Shown: positions 31,641-44,051 of the stretch, one piece after another
How positions within the stretch are numbered: position 1 is the first letter of the stretch
How the letters are laid out: the number at the start of each line of letters is the position of its first letter
Source of the DNA: Methanocaldococcus indicus
GTDB lineage: Archaea > AGJL01 > Methanococci > Methanococcales > Methanocaldococcaceae
Reading direction: 5' to 3'
Assembly: GCF_049554935.1 (NCBI RefSeq)
Contig: NZ_CP186926.1
Location: 928,001-992,000, forward strand
DNA length: 64,000 bases
Translations under genes and position numbers: made by a program
The notes under the pieces: generated by a model
Told to the model about the DNA's origin: nothing
What the model saw: the letters and a program-made list of their open reading frames with translations, nothing else
The model's database searches: none

Positions 31641-33194
31641 ATGGAAATAAAAACTGATGAGATTATTAACCAAAATTATGATAAAAGTGAAAAAAACTAT
31701 AATATTGAAAAATCTAAAACTTTTATGTTTGAAGTTTCAATTTACCATGATGTATGGATGGACAATGCATTAGAAAATTTTTATCGAATTTTAAAAAAGA
31801 TAGACAATGAAGACCTTAATGTTACACTAACCAGTGATAAACTAATCTTTGAATTCGATAACTTTGAAGGGTTCAAAAATGCACTGATTCAACAAATTAA
31901 GCATAAATATAAAAATATGATTGTAATTGGAGAAGATAAAAAGACAGGAATTACAAAAGAGATTAAGAAGGACTTTATTCTGCTTCAAGAAGGTAAAAAG
32001 GAAGGAGGAACTGTAAAATTAAAAGAAGAAGTATTTGACTGGAATAAATTGCCTAAGATATTGGATGAGTTAAAAGAAAATAAAAAAGGAGATAAAATCT
32101 GTATAATGTGTGGAGGTAAGTATAAAAAAAGTTATACATTAAAGCAGGCGATTTATCCATTTGTAACAAAAAATAAAAGTTTAAGTGGGATTAGAACTAT
32201 TAAATCACTTCCAGAGTATCATAAAAACTTGTGTTTAATGTGCTATTTGTTGGGGGTTTTGGAATGGACTGATGAGGGGCTAATATATTACACATTAAAA
32301 GAAAAGAAAACATTTTTATTCCTTCCAATATTTGAGAACTTAATAGAACTTAACAAGTTTAAGGAAGAGACATTAAACGCAGGAATTTTAAAAGTATCAG
32401 AAAGGTATGGAAATTTACTTAAAAAACCAAATTCCAATGACATTGAAGAAATTTTTGGGGAATATACAACCTTATTAGCATTTTATGAGAAATTCATTGT
32501 TAATGTAAAAGAAAGTGAAGTATTATGCAATAAGTGGGGAGTTTTGCACATCCCATTGGGTAAAGTTAAAAATATCAAGTTTGAGACCATAAATGTTGAT
32601 AAAGGAATTTTGGAGGTGATAAGTAAGTTAATAGAAGATAGCTACTTAATATATAATGATATGGTAAAAGGAATATATTTCAAAAAGAAAACCAGCAAAG
32701 GATTTGTTACTGATTGGGATATTACCACTGAAATTAAAGAAAATTTGGCAAAATCATTATTAATAGACGATTTCAGAACCTTTTCAAAGCAGTTGATGCC
32801 AAGAAAAGGAGGCTTTGTTATTTTATCATCAGATGCCTATGAAATTTTAGATGAACTTATCTATCTATGGAGGTTGGTAAATATGGGAATTCCTAAGGAG
32901 AAATTACACACAATAAAAAGTGTTGGAAACATTATTGCGAAAATATCCCTTGGAAATTCTTCCCTACTATATAAACTTGATAAAGTTAGGACTATTGATG
33001 AGTTTTGGAGTGTTTTAAGAGAAATATCAAGAAAAATGGATGGAATGGAGAAAGATGAACTTAGAGAGATAAAACCGACTGCAATAGATGAACTTGTAAT
33101 TATGGTTAAAGAACATGAGAAAATTTGGAAAGAGATTAGAGATTTATTAGTTATCTACTCATCCATTTATCTTGCCATTAAAAAAATTAAATGA
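31641..33194 (+). CDS. cas8b: type I-B large subunit Cas8 (Cst1/CXXC-CXXC type)
   Basis: Position before cas7; CIMC...CLMC pairs; helical C-terminal domain. Confidence 0.8.
   Translation: MEIKTDEIINQNYDKSEKNYNIEKSKTFMFEVSIYHDVWMDNALENFYRILKKIDNEDLNVTLTSDKLIFEFDNFEGFKNALIQQIKHKYKNMIVIGEDKKTGITKEIKKDFILLQEGKKEGGTVKLKEEVFDWNKLPKILDELKENKKGDKICIMCGGKYKKSYTLKQAIYPFVTKNKSLSGIRTIKSLPEYHKNLCLMCYLLGVLEWTDEGLIYYTLKEKKTFLFLPIFENLIELNKFKEETLNAGILKVSERYGNLLKKPNSNDIEEIFGEYTTLLAFYEKFIVNVKESEVLCNKWGVLHIPLGKVKNIKFETINVDKGILEVISKLIEDSYLIYNDMVKGIYFKKKTSKGFVTDWDITTEIKENLAKSLLIDDFRTFSKQLMPRKGGFVILSSDAYEILDELIYLWRLVNMGIPKEKLHTIKSVGNIIAKISLGNSSLLYKLDKVRTIDEFWSVLREISRKMDGMEKDELREIKPTAIDELVIMVKEHEKIWKEIRDLLVIYSSIYLAIKKIK
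32883..33194 (+). CDS. cas11: putative Cas11 small subunit translated internally from cas8 (103 aa)
   Basis: In-frame ATG (Met415) preceded by GGAGG at 32869-32873, at the start of the helical C-terminal domain. Confidence 0.6.
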   Translation: MGIPKEKLHTIKSVGNIIAKISLGNSSLLYKLDKVRTIDEFWSVLREISRKMDGMEKDELREIKPTAIDELVIMVKEHEKIWKEIRDLLVIYSSIYLAIKKIK

Positions 33195-33210
33195 AGAAAG
33201 GGGGGATTAG

Positions 33211-34116
33211 ATGAAAGGTATAGAGATAGTTTGGTTATCAAAAACTGATCTAACAAACCTTAACTCTGGTGAAGGAGAGAGTAACTTTATTGATGTTAAG
33301 AAATTTAAGAAAAATGGTGTTGAATATCCTTACGTTTCGGGGCAGGCGATGAGATATTATATAAAAGAGGCAATTAGAAGGAATTTAGATGAAAATGAGT
33401 TTATGTGTGTTCCAGATGATAAAGGGGAGACATGTGGAAATATAAAAGACTGTATAGGATGTGACCTCTTTGGATTCATGAAGCCAGAGAAAAATGTTGG
33501 AGCAAGGACAAGAATCTCTCCAGTAAAAGTGTCTCCAGCAATAGGATTATTGCCATTTGATGAAAACTCAGCAGTTGATTTTTTAACAAGAAAATATAGA
33601 GGGGGAGAAAAGGCAGAGGGGGATATAGTAAATGTAGAGATTGGAGTTAATATCTATAAGGTAGGTGTAGCAATCGATGTTAAAAGGGTTGGAGGCGAAG
33701 AAAAGATTGAAAATGGAGCTGTTAAAATTGATTATGCTATAGATGAAGATGAACGTAAAAATAGGATTTCAAAGGTTATTGAATCCTTGAGATATTTATC
33801 AGATTATTCAAAGCAGGCAAGATTGCTAACCGATTTTACACCAGATTTTATAATAATTGCATTCCAAGAGATATACTCTCATAGATTACAAAAGGCAATA
33901 GATTTGAAAGATAACAGGATAAATATTGGTGTATTAAAGATAATTCTTGAAGATGTTTCAGAATATTCACCAAAAATATTTGTTGGGCTTGTTCCAAACT
34001 TCTTTGAAAATGAAGAAGAAGTTAAAAATCTATTTAAAGATTTAAATATAGAAGTTAAAGCTCCTCATGTGGCAATAAAAGATGCATTGAGCTATTTAGA
34101 TGAAATTAACTTATAA
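33211..34116 (+). CDS. cas7: Cas7 (Cst2/DevR family)
   Basis: [33 protein letters not shown]. Confidence 0.93.
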   Translation: MKGIEIVWLSKTDLTNLNSGEGESNFIDVKKFKKNGVEYPYVSGQAMRYYIKEAIRRNLDENEFMCVPDDKGETCGNIKDCIGCDLFGFMKPEKNVGARTRISPVKVSPAIGLLPFDENSAVDFLTRKYRGGEKAEGDIVNVEIGVNIYKVGVAIDVKRVGGEEKIENGAVKIDYAIDEDERKNRISKVIESLRYLSDYSKQARLLTDFTPDFIIIAFQEIYSHRLQKAIDLKDNRINIGVLKIILEDVSEYSPKIFVGLVPNFFENEEEVKNLFKDLNIEVKAPHVAIKDALSYLDEINL

Positions 34117-34131
34117 ATTATTGGTGTTTCT

Positions 34132-34908
34132 ATGTGGGGGTTAAAGTTTAGAGTTGAAGGAATTTACTTTGTAAGTTTTAGGAAACCAGTTACAACCTCT
34201 TTATCTTTAACCTATAAGTTACCACCTTTTACAGCAATTAGGGGGATGATAGGAAACGCTTTAGGAATGCCAAGAGATTCATTTGAGATTCAAAATTGGT
34301 TTAAAATTGGAATGAGAATTGAAGGCAAAATAGAGATTGGCAAGGAGATGGCTAAATTCTTAAAGATGATTTCAAGAAAATCATGTTATAGATGTAAGAG
34401 TTGTGGATTTGAGAAAATATCTGACTCAAAGCCAAAAAAATGTCCAAACTGTGGAGAAGGGAATATTATAAAAGTAGAGAAGGTGATTTATGATAGGGAG
34501 TTTCCATCTTCACCAATGCATAGAGAGTTTCTAATAATGCCAAAGTATTGGATTTATCTTGTAGGGGAAGAGAAGAAAATAAAAAAGAGTTATAATGCCT
34601 TAAAAAATCCAAAAAGACCATTGTATCTTGGAACATCTGATGATTTGGTAGATATTGAGGTATTTGAGCCAGTTATAGTAAAAGAAGTGGAAGAAAATAA
34701 AATATATAGTATCTTAGATGGGGTTTATGAAAAATGCATACTTGAAAAATTGCCATATAAATTTATCCCAATAAAAGACAGAAAAGGCAAGTTAAAAGAG
34801 GTTTATTCTGAATATAAACTTGTCTCTATCCCAACAAAGTTTCCATATTCAACTGAAAAGCCTTTAAAAGTTTGGGATTTTGGAGATGAGTTTATTAGGG
34901 TGTTTTAA
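34132..34908 (+). CDS. cas5: Cas5 with an inserted Zn-ribbon
   Basis: SFRKP...TYKLPPFTAIRGMIGNALG, PLYLGTSDDLV. Confidence 0.93.
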   Translation: MWGLKFRVEGIYFVSFRKPVTTSLSLTYKLPPFTAIRGMIGNALGMPRDSFEIQNWFKIGMRIEGKIEIGKEMAKFLKMISRKSCYRCKSCGFEKISDSKPKKCPNCGEGNIIKVEKVIYDREFPSSPMHREFLIMPKYWIYLVGEEKKIKKSYNALKNPKRPLYLGTSDDLVDIEVFEPVIVKEVEENKIYSILDGVYEKCILEKLPYKFIPIKDRKGKLKEVYSEYKLVSIPTKFPYSTEKPLKVWDFGDEFIRVF

Positions 34909-37271
34909 TGATTCTTGCTAAAAAGGAAGGAAAAGCATTTCAAACATTAAAAGGACATACTTATGACGCATTAAAAATCTACAAAGAATATTTGAGAAGA
35001 AATTTTGATGTAGTTGATGATTTTTGCAATAGGTGGGAAATTCCCACTGAAAAATTTATAAAAAATACTTTTTTCACTATTTATTTACATGATATTGGAA
35101 AAATAACAAAAGAATTCCAAAACAACATTAAAAAAGGAAATAGAAGCAATAAACATCCCCATCCACTTTATGCCCTTTCAATTATAAACAACATTGAGTT
35201 TGATTATTTGCTTGATGTTCCAATTGAGGTTTTTGCTATTTTGTCTCATCATACACAACTTTATGATAACTTATATGCTGATTATCAACAATACAAAAAA
35301 GGAACTTTTTTAGTGGATGAAATTAAAGATTTTATAAAAAATACTGAAGATGCTTATAATACCCTTGGATTTTCGAAATTTTTTGAATTTAAAGAACTAA
35401 AGATACATGAAATTCCAAAGGATGCAAAACCTTTAAAATTATACAAACTGAGAAGAGACCTTTGGATAATAACAAAAAAATATATAAATTCATTAAGCTT
35501 TAATGAAAAAATAAAAATAAAATCAATATTTTCGTTTTTATTTTCCATTCTTCAATTATGTGATGATTTTGCAAGTTTAAACTTTAGTGAATATGCAAAG
35601 AATAAAGAAGGAACTTTTGATGATATTTTGGAAAATTCAGAGATTTATGTTCCAACCTTGAATATTAAAAGTCCATTATTGTTTATCTTAAAAGATTATA
35701 AGCCATACAAATTCCAAAAAGAGCTTTATAACACAAAAAATAAGTTTGTGATGTTATTTGCCCCTTGTGGAAGGGGAAAGACAGAAGGGGCGTTACTTTG
35801 GGCATTAAATGCATTAAAAAACTTTAAAAGAAATAAAATCATCTTAGCAATGCCTACGCAAGTAACAAGCAATGCAATGTATGATAGATTGGTAAAGATT
35901 TTTGGAGAGGAAAATGTTGGTTTGTTTCATGGAAAGAGTTTTATTAAATTGAAGGATTCAAAAGATATAGAGGATGAAGAGGACTTAGAAGAGATTAGGG
36001 ATGAAAATTTTAAAGGAAACGTATTCTTTAAACCAATAACAATAACAACCATTGACCACGTTATATATTCTTTTGTTCATGGATTTTCTCATGCAGATTT
36101 TGCTTTAGGGAATATTCAGAGTTCAGTTATAATCTTCGATGAAGTCCATTACTATGAAAAATTCACATTAGAGCATTTATTAACACTTTTTGATATTTTA
36201 AGGAAAATGGATATTCCCCACTTACTTATGAGTGGGACACTGCCAAGCTTTTTAATTAACTGTTTTGAAGGTTATGAGATTATAGTTGATGAAGAGGGAT
36301 TAAATTACAAACCTTTTAAACTTGAATATTCAGAAAATCATTTAATTTGTAAAGAAGGAGATAAATGGAAAGTTAATGGAGACATAATCAATGAAATAAT
36401 AGACAACTACAAAAAAGGACTTTCCCAAGCGATTATTTTAAATACTGTTGAAAGGGCAAAAGAATTTTATAAGGCAATTAGAGATAAAGTCCCAGCAATC
36501 CTTTATCATTCCCAGTTTGCTTATAAGGATAGAGTTAATAAAGAAAAAGAAATTTTTAACTTAGAAAAAATGAGAAACAGACAAAACAAGCCTTATGTTA
36601 TAGTTGCTACACAAGTCATTGAAATTTCTCTTGATATGTCCGTTGATATTATGTATTCTGAGTTATCACCACCAGATGCCCTTGGACAGAGAGCTGGAAG
36701 ATTACATAGAAAAGGAAGAGATTGGAAAGAAAATGGAAAAGAGTATAAGCTAAAAATATTCTTGCCATATAAACACTTGCCATATAGTAAAGAACTGATA
36801 GAAAAAACACTAGACTATATAAAATTTTATGAAAAACCTTTGAATTATAGAGATATTAAGGATTTTGTTGATGATGTTTATAAAGATTATAATTTGAGTA
36901 TTCCAAGTGATTTAAAGTTATTTTTTGATGAGGCAATATTATTTGGAAGGCATTGGACAGATTTAGCAACGATAGATGATGAAGGAAAATTCTTTAAAGT
37001 TAGAGATGATAAATTTATGAAGATTGAGGTAGTTCCAAAAGTTTATTTTGATGAGTTGGGAGAGAATGCATTGAGAGCAGAATATATGGCAAAAATCCCA
37101 GTCTATTTAATTTTAAATGAAATAAAAAATGAGGAGGGGTTGATTCATTTTTATCCTTATGAAAAAAGAATTGGTAAAAGAACCAGAAGATATTTAATTT
37201 GTCTATTTAAATATACTTATGAAATAGGGTTTGACTACAGAGAGGAAGAAGAGTTTGAAGACATCTTATAG
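34908..37271 (+). CDS. cas3: Cas3 HD nuclease-helicase
   Basis: LHDIGK, SHH, APCGRGKTE, DEVH, MSGT, QRAGRLHR. Confidence 0.96.
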   Translation: MILAKKEGKAFQTLKGHTYDALKIYKEYLRRNFDVVDDFCNRWEIPTEKFIKNTFFTIYLHDIGKITKEFQNNIKKGNRSNKHPHPLYALSIINNIEFDYLLDVPIEVFAILSHHTQLYDNLYADYQQYKKGTFLVDEIKDFIKNTEDAYNTLGFSKFFEFKELKIHEIPKDAKPLKLYKLRRDLWIITKKYINSLSFNEKIKIKSIFSFLFSILQLCDDFASLNFSEYAKNKEGTFDDILENSEIYVPTLNIKSPLLFILKDYKPYKFQKELYNTKNKFVMLFAPCGRGKTEGALLWALNALKNFKRNKIILAMPTQVTSNAMYDRLVKIFGEENVGLFHGKSFIKLKDSKDIEDEEDLEEIRDENFKGNVFFKPITITTIDHVIYSFVHGFSHADFALGNIQSSVIIFDEVHYYEKFTLEHLLTLFDILRKMDIPHLLMSGTLPSFLINCFEGYEIIVDEEGLNYKPFKLEYSENHLICKEGDKWKVNGDIINEIIDNYKKGLSQAIILNTVERAKEFYKAIRDKVPAILYHSQFAYKDRVNKEKEIFNLEKMRNRQNKPYVIVATQVIEISLDMSVDIMYSELSPPDALGQRAGRLHRKGRDWKENGKEYKLKIFLPYKHLPYSKELIEKTLDYIKFYEKPLNYRDIKDFVDDVYKDYNLSIPSDLKLFFDEAILFGRHWTDLATIDDEGKFFKVRDDKFMKIEVVPKVYFDELGENALRAEYMAKIPVYLILNEIKNEEGLIHFYPYEKRIGKRTRRYLICLFKYTYEIGFDYREEEEFEDIL

Positions 37272-37280
37272 AGTGGAATT

Positions 37281-37776
37281 ATGGATAATTATTTAGAAGA
37301 TGAGCTTATAATTAGAGGAATTGAGATAAATTATCTCTATGTATGCAAAACAAAGCTATTTTATTTTATAAAAGGTATAACAATGGAACAAGAGAGTGAT
37401 TTTGTTGATTTAGGAAAATTTTTGCATAGAAAAAGTTACTTTGGAGAAGAAAAAGAAGTTCAAATAGGTAGTATAAAGATAGATTTTATTAGAAATTCAA
37501 ATGGAATTATTGAGATACATGAAATTAAAAAAAGTAAATCAATGGAAAAAGCTCATATTATGCAAGCTCTTTACTATATTTACTATTTAAAAAAATTAGG
37601 TTTAGAATCAATAGCAGTAATAAATTATCCAAAACTTAAAGAAAAGAAGATAGTAGAATTAACTCAAAAAGATATTTTAGAGTTAGAAAAGGCTTTAAAT
37701 GAAATTAATAAAATAAAATCAATGAAAGAACCACCAAATCCAGAATATAAAAAAATTTGTAAGAATTGTGCATACT

Positions 37777-37796
<20 letters not shown>
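37281..37796 (+). CDS. cas4: Cas4 nuclease
   Basis: N-terminal Cys plus CKNCAYYELC 4Fe-4S ligands; KIDF, HEIKK, QALYY RecB motifs. Confidence 0.95.
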
Positions 37797-39105
<1,309 letters not shown>

Positions 39106-39163
39106 AAAATCATCTTTTTATCATAGTTATCGATAAATTAAAAGAAAATCTTAAAAAAATTGA

Positions 39164-39328
39164 ATTTCCATACCGGGACGGTCTTATTTTAACAGGAGGC
39201 ACATTTTCAATCTGGCAGATAATAACGAGCATCATAAGAACAATGACGGTCTTATTTTAACAAAACATTTATTTATGTGCATACTTCAATATTATAGATC
39301 ATAAGAACAATGACGGTCTTATTTTAAC
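39164..39328 (-). CRISPR. aberrant mini-array: one canonical repeat plus two identical chimeric repeats
   Basis: 39164-39193 = GTTAAAATAAGACCGTCCCGGTATGGAAAT (minus strand). 39231-39261 and 39298-39328 = GTTAAAATAAGACCGTCATTGTTCTTATGAT. Intervening segments are 37 and 36 nt; leader follows. Confidence 0.88.
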
Positions 39329-39710
39329 AGGAGGCACATTTTAGACATAATAATATAGCAACATAATATAGCAACGTTCTCATATATAAGCTTTTCGGGA
39401 CAAAAATTTTCGGAGGGTAGGTTTCCCTATTCATTTATATACCTTCGAACTTTTATAAAAATCTTTCTATTTAGTATTATTCCACTAAAAACCGTCTATT
39501 CTTAAAAACTAAACTAATTTATCAGGGATTAACCTAAAACTCATAAAAATCTCAGTAAATTATATAATCAAAATATATAAAATATTCAAAATATAAACCC
39601 CCTATGAATTTCTCTAAAAATCCTTTAAATTGAAAATAATCTTCTAAGACACTATAAAATCAAAAAATAAAAATTTTTAGCGTGATAATTATCATCTGAA
39701 TATATAAACT
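39329..39710 (-). promoter_or_regulatory. second CRISPR leader (paralog of 7704-8095) with BRE/TATA
   Basis: Shares blocks ttctcatatataagcttttc, gggtaggtttccctattcatttata and tttttagcgtgataatt with leader 1; 13-bp tandem duplication at 39350-39375. Confidence 0.9.
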
Positions 39711-39792
39711 TATGCAATAAACTAAATAACATTCAACAAAAAACGATACTTTTTTATAACTTTACAAGGAATACTACTTAAATGTGAGATAT

Positions 39793-40488
39793 ATGGATAA
39801 AGTTGTTAGATATATTTTAGGAGATATAGTTCTTTCAGATAATCCTGGAAATGCAATGAAAAAATGGAGAAAACTTTTTAATATTCAACAGAATGAGTTA
39901 TCTAAACATATGGATATAACTCCTTCTGTAATTAGTGACTATGAAAGTGGAAGGAGAAAAAATCCAGGAGTTAGTATAGTAAAAAAATATGTTCTATCTC
40001 TAATTGATATAGACAAAGAAAAAGGAGGGAAAACTGTTAATGCTTTAAAAAGGTTGTTAGATAGAAGTCCTAATATGGATGCTATCCTCTCAATTAAAGA
40101 ATATCCTAAACCTATTCCAATTGATAAGTTTATAGAGTGTATTGATGGAGAGCTAATTGTTGGTAACATAAATGGTGAAATCTATGGGCACACTGTTGTT
40201 GATAGTATAAAAGCTATTTTGGAGATGAGTGGAGAAGATTTCTATAACCTTTATGGATGGACTACTGAGAGAGCTCTAATTTTTACAAATGTCTCATCTG
40301 GTAGGAGTCCATTAGTTGCTATAAGAGTTAGTTTATTAAAACCTAAAATTGTTGTTTTACAGGGATTAAGAAGAATAGATAAATTAGCTATAAAATTGGC
40401 TGAAGTTGATGGCATTCCAGTTATAAAGACAGAGTTAGAAGTTGATGAACTAATAAATAGATTAAATAATTTGGTGGAAAAATGGTAG
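39793..40488 (+). CDS. XRE-family HTH transcriptional regulator (archaeal, precedes HMG-CoA synthase)
   Basis: [29 protein letters not shown]; [12 protein letters not shown]. Confidence 0.85.
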   Translation: MDKVVRYILGDIVLSDNPGNAMKKWRKLFNIQQNELSKHMDITPSVISDYESGRRKNPGVSIVKKYVLSLIDIDKEKGGKTVNALKRLLDRSPNMDAILSIKEYPKPIPIDKFIECIDGELIVGNINGEIYGHTVVDSIKAILEMSGEDFYNLYGWTTERALIFTNVSSGRSPLVAIRVSLLKPKIVVLQGLRRIDKLAIKLAEVDGIPVIKTELEVDELINRLNNLVEKW

Positions 40489-41519
40489 GAATTGTAGGTT
40501 ATGGTGCTTATATCCCAAGATATAGAATAAAAGTTGAAGAGATTGCAAGAGTTTGGAATAAAGACCCTGAGGCAATAAAAAAAGGATTGTTAGTTTATGA
40601 AAAAGCTGTAGCTGGTTTAGATGAAGATACTGCAACAATAGCAGTTGAAGCTGCAAAAAATGCATTAAAAAGAGCTGAAATAGATAGTAAAGATATAGGA
40701 GCTGTTTATGTAGGGAGTGAAAGTCATCCTTATGCAGTTAAGCCAACAGCTACAATAGTTGCAGAGGCAATAGATGCTACTCCAAACTTAACAGCTGCTG
40801 ATTTAGAATTTGCATGTAAAGCAGGGACAGCTGGTATTCAGATATGTTTAGGATTAGTTAAAAGTGGAATGGTCAAATATGGTTTAGCTATTGGAGCAGA
40901 TACTGCTCAAGGTGCTCCAGGAGATGCATTAGAATTTACAGCAGCTTCTGGAGGAGCTGCCTATATTATAGGAAATAAGGATGTTATAGCCCATATAAAT
41001 GATACATTTAGTTATACAACAGACACACCTGACTTTTGGAGGAGAGAAGGAAAACCTTACCCAAGACATGGAGGAAGATTCACTGGTGAGCCAGCATATT
41101 TTAAACATGTTATTAATGCAGCTAAGGGACTGATGGAAAAGGTAGGAACAAAGCCAGAAGATTATGATTATTGTGTCTTTCATCAACCAAATGGAAAATT
41201 CTACATTAGAGTTGCTAAAATATTAGGATTTAAAGAAGAGCAATATAAATATGGATTATTAACTCCATATATAGGAAATACTTATTCAGGTGCTGTTCCT
41301 TTGGGATTATCAAATATATTAGATAAATGTGAAGGTGGAGAGAAAATATTAGCTGTCTCCTATGGTAGTGGTGCAGGTAGTGATGCTTTTGATATAATTG
41401 TAGATGAAAAAATTAAAAAAGTTAAGGATAGAGCTAAAAAAACTAAGGAATATATTGAAGAGAAAGAGTATATAGATTATGCAATTTATGCCAAATTTAG
41501 GAAAAAGATTAAAATGTGA
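40482..41519 (+). CDS. hydroxymethylglutaryl-CoA synthase (archaeal)
   Basis: [40 protein letters not shown]. Confidence 0.95.
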   Translation: MVGIVGYGAYIPRYRIKVEEIARVWNKDPEAIKKGLLVYEKAVAGLDEDTATIAVEAAKNALKRAEIDSKDIGAVYVGSESHPYAVKPTATIVAEAIDATPNLTAADLEFACKAGTAGIQICLGLVKSGMVKYGLAIGADTAQGAPGDALEFTAASGGAAYIIGNKDVIAHINDTFSYTTDTPDFWRREGKPYPRHGGRFTGEPAYFKHVINAAKGLMEKVGTKPEDYDYCVFHQPNGKFYIRVAKILGFKEEQYKYGLLTPYIGNTYSGAVPLGLSNILDKCEGGEKILAVSYGSGAGSDAFDIIVDEKIKKVKDRAKKTKEYIEEKEYIDYAIYAKFRKKIKM

Positions 41520-41525
41520 CTAAAA

Positions 41526-41901
41526 ATGCTTAATGAAGTTAAAAAAGATTTTGAAGAATTTAAGGATAAAGTTTTTGGTGTATTGATTTATGGTTCTTAT
41601 ATAAAAAATGAACACACAAAAAGAAGTGATATAGATATATGTTTAATTAAAGTGGATAAAGATACATATTTTAAAATTTTAGGAAAGTTAGGAAACAAAT
41701 ATGATATAAAAATCTTTGAAGAACTCCCTCTGTATATAAAAATAGACATTATTAATAATCATAAAGTAATTTTTGGGGATGAGTTAGAGATTTCAGAATA
41801 CTTTTACAAATTTAGGAAAATTTGGAAAGATATGGAAAAGAGAATTAAAGAAAATCAATTCAATAGTGTCAAAGAAAAGGTTATGTTGAGGAGAAGATTT
41901 A

Positions 41902-41930
<29 letters not shown>
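41526..41930 (+). CDS. minimal nucleotidyltransferase (MNT antitoxin)
   Basis: GS-X10-DxD motif (GSYIKNEHTKRSDID); overlaps the HEPN gene. Confidence 0.88.
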
Positions 41931-43429
<1,499 letters not shown>

Positions 43430-43452
43430 AAAAATTAAATTAAGTGAGAATC

Positions 43453-43623
43453 ATGTGCAACTTCAACCTCTACTATAAAGGAGAAAAAATTATGGAAGAT
43501 GTTGTATTAATTGAAAAAAAAGATAATAAAGTTATAGCTATTGATTTATTTGGAGAAAGGAAAGAATTAGAAGGAGAAATTAAAAAAGTTGATGTAAATA
43601 ACAACAAAATTGAGGTTGAATAG
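43453..43623 (+). CDS. CooT-family small nickel-binding-like protein (56 aa)
   Basis: Below the ORF-track cutoff. MCNFNLYYKGEKIMEDVVLIE...IDLFGERKELEG: the MC start and IMEDV...D.FGE pattern fit CooT. Confidence 0.75.
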   Translation: MCNFNLYYKGEKIMEDVVLIEKKDNKVIAIDLFGERKELEGEIKKVDVNNNKIEVE

Positions 43624-43625
43624 AT

Positions 43626-44021
43626 ATGGAAGTTGTAAGAAGTTGGAGACATATAAAAGAGAGATACAACTTAATAGGAGTTAAATGTCTAAACTGTGGA
43701 ACTATATACTTCCCCTCAAGAGTAATATGTCCAAAATGTAGAAGAAAGACTAAATTTGAAAAAATAAAGTTGAGTGGGAGAGGAAAAATATATTCCTATT
43801 CAGTTGTTCATGTTCCACCTAAGGACTTTGAAAAATTAGCTCCTTATGTTATAGCAATAGTTGAATTAGAAGAAGGTACAAAAATAACAGCTCAAATTGA
43901 CTGTAAGCCAGAAGATGTATATATAGGAATGCCAGTTGAAGTAGTATTTAGAAGAATAAAAGAAGATGGAGATGATGGAGTTATTGTTTATGGATATAAG
44001 TTTAAACCTGTTAAAAACTAA
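43626..44021 (+). CDS. DUF35 Zn-ribbon/OB-fold scaffold of the thiolase-HMGCS complex
   Basis: CLNCG.IYFP.R.ICPKC, GKIYSYSVVH, YGYKF; operon context. Confidence 0.92.
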   Translation: MEVVRSWRHIKERYNLIGVKCLNCGTIYFPSRVICPKCRRKTKFEKIKLSGRGKIYSYSVVHVPPKDFEKLAPYVIAIVELEEGTKITAQIDCKPEDVYIGMPVEVVFRRIKEDGDDGVIVYGYKFKPVKN

Positions 44022-44051
44022 GTAAAAATTAATAAAAAAATTTAATTTTTT

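Noticed and set aside
39262-39297. 10-nt match (tgtgcatact) between the mini-array spacer and the cas4 3' end at 37767-37776
   Set aside because: A match this short is expected by chance in AT-rich DNA and does not extend.
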